Positions 17,244 through 20,000 of a DNA stretch of 20,000 bases are shown here, piece by piece. The translations under genes were made by a program, and so were the position numbers. Positions within the stretch are counted from its first letter, which is position 1, and every line of letters starts with the position of its first letter. Source of the DNA: an uncultured virus (IMG/VR IMGVR_UViG_3300015615_000207) (lineage: Duplodnaviria; Heunggongvirae; Uroviricota; Caudoviricetes); the IMG/VR virus record IMGVR_UViG_3300015615_000207, positions 52,646 through 72,645 of that record. One strand, given 5' to 3'. The notes beneath the pieces are model-generated. The model had not been told where the DNA came from. It did no database searches and saw only the letters and a list, made by a program, of their open reading frames with translations.

Positions 17244-19333
17244 AAAGATTTCTTTTTATGGCACTAATGGCGGTGCTTTTGACAATACCGCCAGCCTGGG
17301 CAACTGAGCTTATCGCGCCCAACTACGCCAACAACTCAGCTCGCACAAAAGGCGAGATGAAGCAGTTCTATGAAGATGTTGTCAGTCTTCTTAAGGAAGA
17401 TCTGGGCGGCGCTGGAACGACAGCCGTAACTCTGGCATCAGATACGTTTGCCGTAGCAAACAACACTTACGCATTCATCATCACTTCGCAAACCGGCAGC
17501 GCTGACGCGCTCAACACTGCCACGGCGAATACCAGAGATGGGCGCATCATCCTGCTTCGCGCAGCTACCGGGCACGTGATAACAATCGCTCACCTCGCTG
17601 GTGGTAGCGGTCAATTCTTCATGCAGGATGCAACCGGGCTAGCCATCACCGACAAGACATGGGTGGCGTTCTATTACAACGAAGCAAACACCCGCTGGGA
17701 AGAAGTCTGGCGTGACAGTATTCGCACGCCTGGCGGCGCGGCGCGTACTACGTTGACGCTCGACACCAACGGCTTCGCAACACCTACTGGCTTTTCTCAT
17801 CTCGTCGACACTTTCGCAGCCGCCGCTTCGGATAACGCTGATCGTCTCGTCACTACGAATAAAGTGCCACTGGTATTGGTGCGCCAAGCTAACGCCTCTC
17901 GTTTTGTCACCCTGCGTCATAACCAAGGCGGCGACGGCACTTTGAACCACCTCGACGGACAAAATATCACTTTCACAAGCACCCTGCAAGCTGTGCTCTA
18001 CGAACGCAACGGAACAACATATGACGAAGTCGCGAGATTCGGCTTCAGCAACTCGACTCAGTACGAGGCAAAGACAGCCACATTTACCGCAGAGTATGGA
18101 CACTTCTACGGCATCACGCCTGGCAGTGCCACCACTATGAACTTGCCGACCGCAGCGAATCACGTGGGCGAGAGAATCGAGTTTATTGTCTACCCTACAG
18201 CTAACAACTTCACGATCGATCCATTCGGCTCAGAGCCTATCAATGGAAACACTGCGCAACCTCAAGGTACGATAGTCTCATTCGCTCCAGCCTATTATCA
18301 AATGATCTCGATCGGTACAGGCTGGATAATGCCACCGGTCACTAAATCTCTCATGCATGGTGGTACTGGCATATGGAGCAACGGCATCCCGAATATGCAT
18401 AGCTGGAGCGGTGCGCCTGATGTCTGCCAGGTTCGCATGACTCTCACGGCAGGAGATCCATGGGGTCGAGCAGATGCGGCTTCTGTCGGAACCCTGCGGA
18501 TGGAACCGGTGCTTGCCGGACACGTGGCGATGAACACACTTCAAAGCTCAGCCAATAATATTCAAATTTTGCATATGGGCGCAGTGGTAACAGTGTCATT
18601 GACAGGGCTAAACACAAGCCAGCCTTATCGTGCGTATTTGTATGACAATAACAGCGACGGACTGCTTGACACGATTGAGTTGGTCGCCTGGACAAACGCC
18701 ACCACGCCACCTGTAGACGATACGGTCGGTCACGGCGCTATGATTTTCGTTAAGATGGCAGACAAGCGTCGCCGAGCGATCGGTGACATCATGCTCACCG
18801 GTTCTGGCACTATGTCATGGAACCAGAACCACAGAGGTATCTGTCACCTGCACCACAACATGCGCGCACCAGCGCCTATCGCGATATTGCCAGCTACCAA
18901 CTCATGGGCTGTCGCTGATAACACCGCTCTTCGCGAAATCCAAGGCGCCCACACGCTTGGCGAAACGTACTGCAACGTATTGAGTAACTCACGAGAAGCA
19001 TCTGGCGCGGATGGTGTCTATATCGAGGCTTCCGTCGAGTACCGCTATTCACAAAACGGCTCGGGTACAGGTGCTTCAGTACTGCCGGGCATCGGCATCA
19101 ACGCAAACACTAATAGTGCGCAAATTCGTGGCACTGGCAAAACTCTGTCAAACGGCGATATGCACTCGGGTCGTGCAGAGATGCGAACTGTGCTTAACGC
19201 TGTTCGATTGAACGACATTCGCATTCTTGAAGCTGAGATAAGCTCAGGAACTTCGAATGCCACCGGATATGGTGACACCAACGTCGACGGTTCCGCAATC
19301 CAATGCGGCTTGATAGGAACCGCATGGCTATAA
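17240..19333 (+). CDS. Putative side tail fibre/receptor-binding protein with N-terminal signal peptide
   Basis: Follows the gpJ-like gene with ATGA overlap and AAGGGG SD. Thr/Gly/Ala-rich tandem beta domains. N-terminus MKRFLFMALMAVLLTIPPAWA-T. Confidence 0.7.
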   Translation: MKRFLFMALMAVLLTIPPAWATELIAPNYANNSARTKGEMKQFYEDVVSLLKEDLGGAGTTAVTLASDTFAVANNTYAFIITSQTGSADALNTATANTRDGRIILLRAATGHVITIAHLAGGSGQFFMQDATGLAITDKTWVAFYYNEANTRWEEVWRDSIRTPGGAARTTLTLDTNGFATPTGFSHLVDTFAAAASDNADRLVTTNKVPLVLVRQANASRFVTLRHNQGGDGTLNHLDGQNITFTSTLQAVLYERNGTTYDEVARFGFSNSTQYEAKTATFTAEYGHFYGITPGSATTMNLPTAANHVGERIEFIVYPTANNFTIDPFGSEPINGNTAQPQGTIVSFAPAYYQMISIGTGWIMPPVTKSLMHGGTGIWSNGIPNMHSWSGAPDVCQVRMTLTAGDPWGRADAASVGTLRMEPVLAGHVAMNTLQSSANNIQILHMGAVVTVSLTGLNTSQPYRAYLYDNNSDGLLDTIELVAWTNATTPPVDDTVGHGAMIFVKMADKRRRAIGDIMLTGSGTMSWNQNHRGICHLHHNMRAPAPIAILPATNSWAVADNTALREIQGAHTLGETYCNVLSNSREASGADGVYIEASVEYRYSQNGSGTGASVLPGIGINANTNSAQIRGTGKTLSNGDMHSGRAEMRTVLNAVRLNDIRILEAEISSGTSNATGYGDTNVDGSAIQCGLIGTAWL

Positions 19334-19345
19334 GGAGAATTTAAA

Positions 19346-19588
19346 ATGGCAAAGAAAATGAAAGAAGCAGTAAGAAAGGCTCTGAAAGCCGTTGTTGACA
19401 CAAGAAATCAAGTCGTGCAAATCTTCCCGCACTTGGCGGACATGCTCGCAGCAGACGACGGTGAAAACAGAACCGAGATCCAGGAGTTGATCAAAGGCTT
19501 TGAAAAAGCCAAGGATGAACTTACGATTCCGTGGGGACGCCTTTCGGATTTTCAAGAAAAAATCGACGACAAGAAGGGTGACGAATGA
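19346..19588 (+). CDS. Hypothetical small charged helical protein
   Basis: TAAGGAG SD, 80 aa, coupled to the next gene by ATGA. Confidence 0.7.
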   Translation: MAKKMKEAVRKALKAVVDTRNQVVQIFPHLADMLAADDGENRTEIQELIKGFEKAKDELTIPWGRLSDFQEKIDDKKGDE

Positions 19589-19908
19589 CACCCATCACAC
19601 CAGAATGCAGCGGGAAGTGTCTTCGTTGCTGCGTTGAGACAACTGAAGAAATCACGGCTCGCGCTGCTGCTAAGCGCGAGACCATTAAGGAGATCGGCAA
19701 AACAGTTGTCTTTGTAATTGGCGGTATCGGCGTCACCTTCACCTTTGTGGGCGTGGTCGCGTTCAGTTGCTACTGCCAATACATTCAGAGGCCAATCAAT
19801 CTTGACCTCGTACTCATGTCTTTTCTTTTCCTCGCAGTAGGTAGTTTGATAGGCGTGAGCTATAAAGAGATCCTGCAAATCATCGGCAGACTAGGAGGAA
19901 AGCCATGA
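19585..19908 (+). CDS. Membrane protein with two TM segments, holin candidate
   Basis: Hydrophobic stretches TVVFVIGGIGVTFTFVGVVAF and LVLMSFLFLAVGSLIGV, basic C-terminus, position after tail genes. Confidence 0.5.
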   Translation: MTPITPECSGKCLRCCVETTEEITARAAAKRETIKEIGKTVVFVIGGIGVTFTFVGVVAFSCYCQYIQRPINLDLVLMSFLFLAVGSLIGVSYKEILQIIGRLGGKP

Positions 19909-20000
19909 ATCAAAAAGCTAAACCCATCAAACTCAAAACTGAAATCAGCAAAATGGTCATCCACTTCGCCCTTCTCGGCGGCTACGTAGTGCTCGCACTC
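19905..20000 (+). CDS. 3'-truncated membrane protein (possible lysis gene)
   Basis: AGGAGG SD, ATGA overlap; reads MNQKAKPIKLKTEISKMVIHFALLGGYVVLAL to the window end. Confidence 0.65.
   Translation, partial: MNQKAKPIKLKTEISKMVIHFALLGGYVVLAL

Larger units (their letters stand above)
1..20000 (+). mobile_element. Siphovirus-type phage or prophage head-tail morphogenesis module
   Basis: Canonical gene order on one strand. No integrase, att site or host gene is in the window, so phage and prophage cannot be distinguished. Confidence 0.95.

Noticed and set aside
1..20000. Stop-codon reassignment, CRISPR array, tRNA, diversity-generating retroelement or invertible fibre cassette
   Set aside because: TAA, TAG and TGA all end genes at sensible boundaries. 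I saw no spaced direct repeats, cloverleaf, reverse transcriptase, recombinase or template/variable repeat pair.

Overview
This window is the late (morphogenesis) operon of a long non-contractile-tailed dsDNA phage or prophage (HK97-type head, lambda-like tail). All credible genes are on the + strand and tightly coupled. Gene order: partial upstream ORF (probably portal), prohead protease, major capsid, two putative decoration proteins, head-tail connectors, tail completion proteins, tail tube, G/GT chaperones joined by a -1 frameshift, a 1846-aa tape measure protein (TMP), tail-tip proteins, a central fibre, a side fibre, and small membrane proteins that may start the lysis cassette. The most unusual points are: (i) a tail fibre-like protein with a textbook cleavable Sec signal peptide; (ii) a sigma70-like promoter, structured ~165-210 nt leader, 33-aa uORF and terminator-like hairpin in front of the capsid gene; (iii) a TMP whose conserved C-terminal motif is duplicated around a ~500-aa low-complexity insert; (iv) a tail-tip module lacking gpK/NlpC and the gpI N-terminal domain; (v) a second long intergenic hairpin; (vi) apparent enrichment of CGATCG. 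All calls come from reading motifs and synteny by eye. No database searches or folding programs were run.
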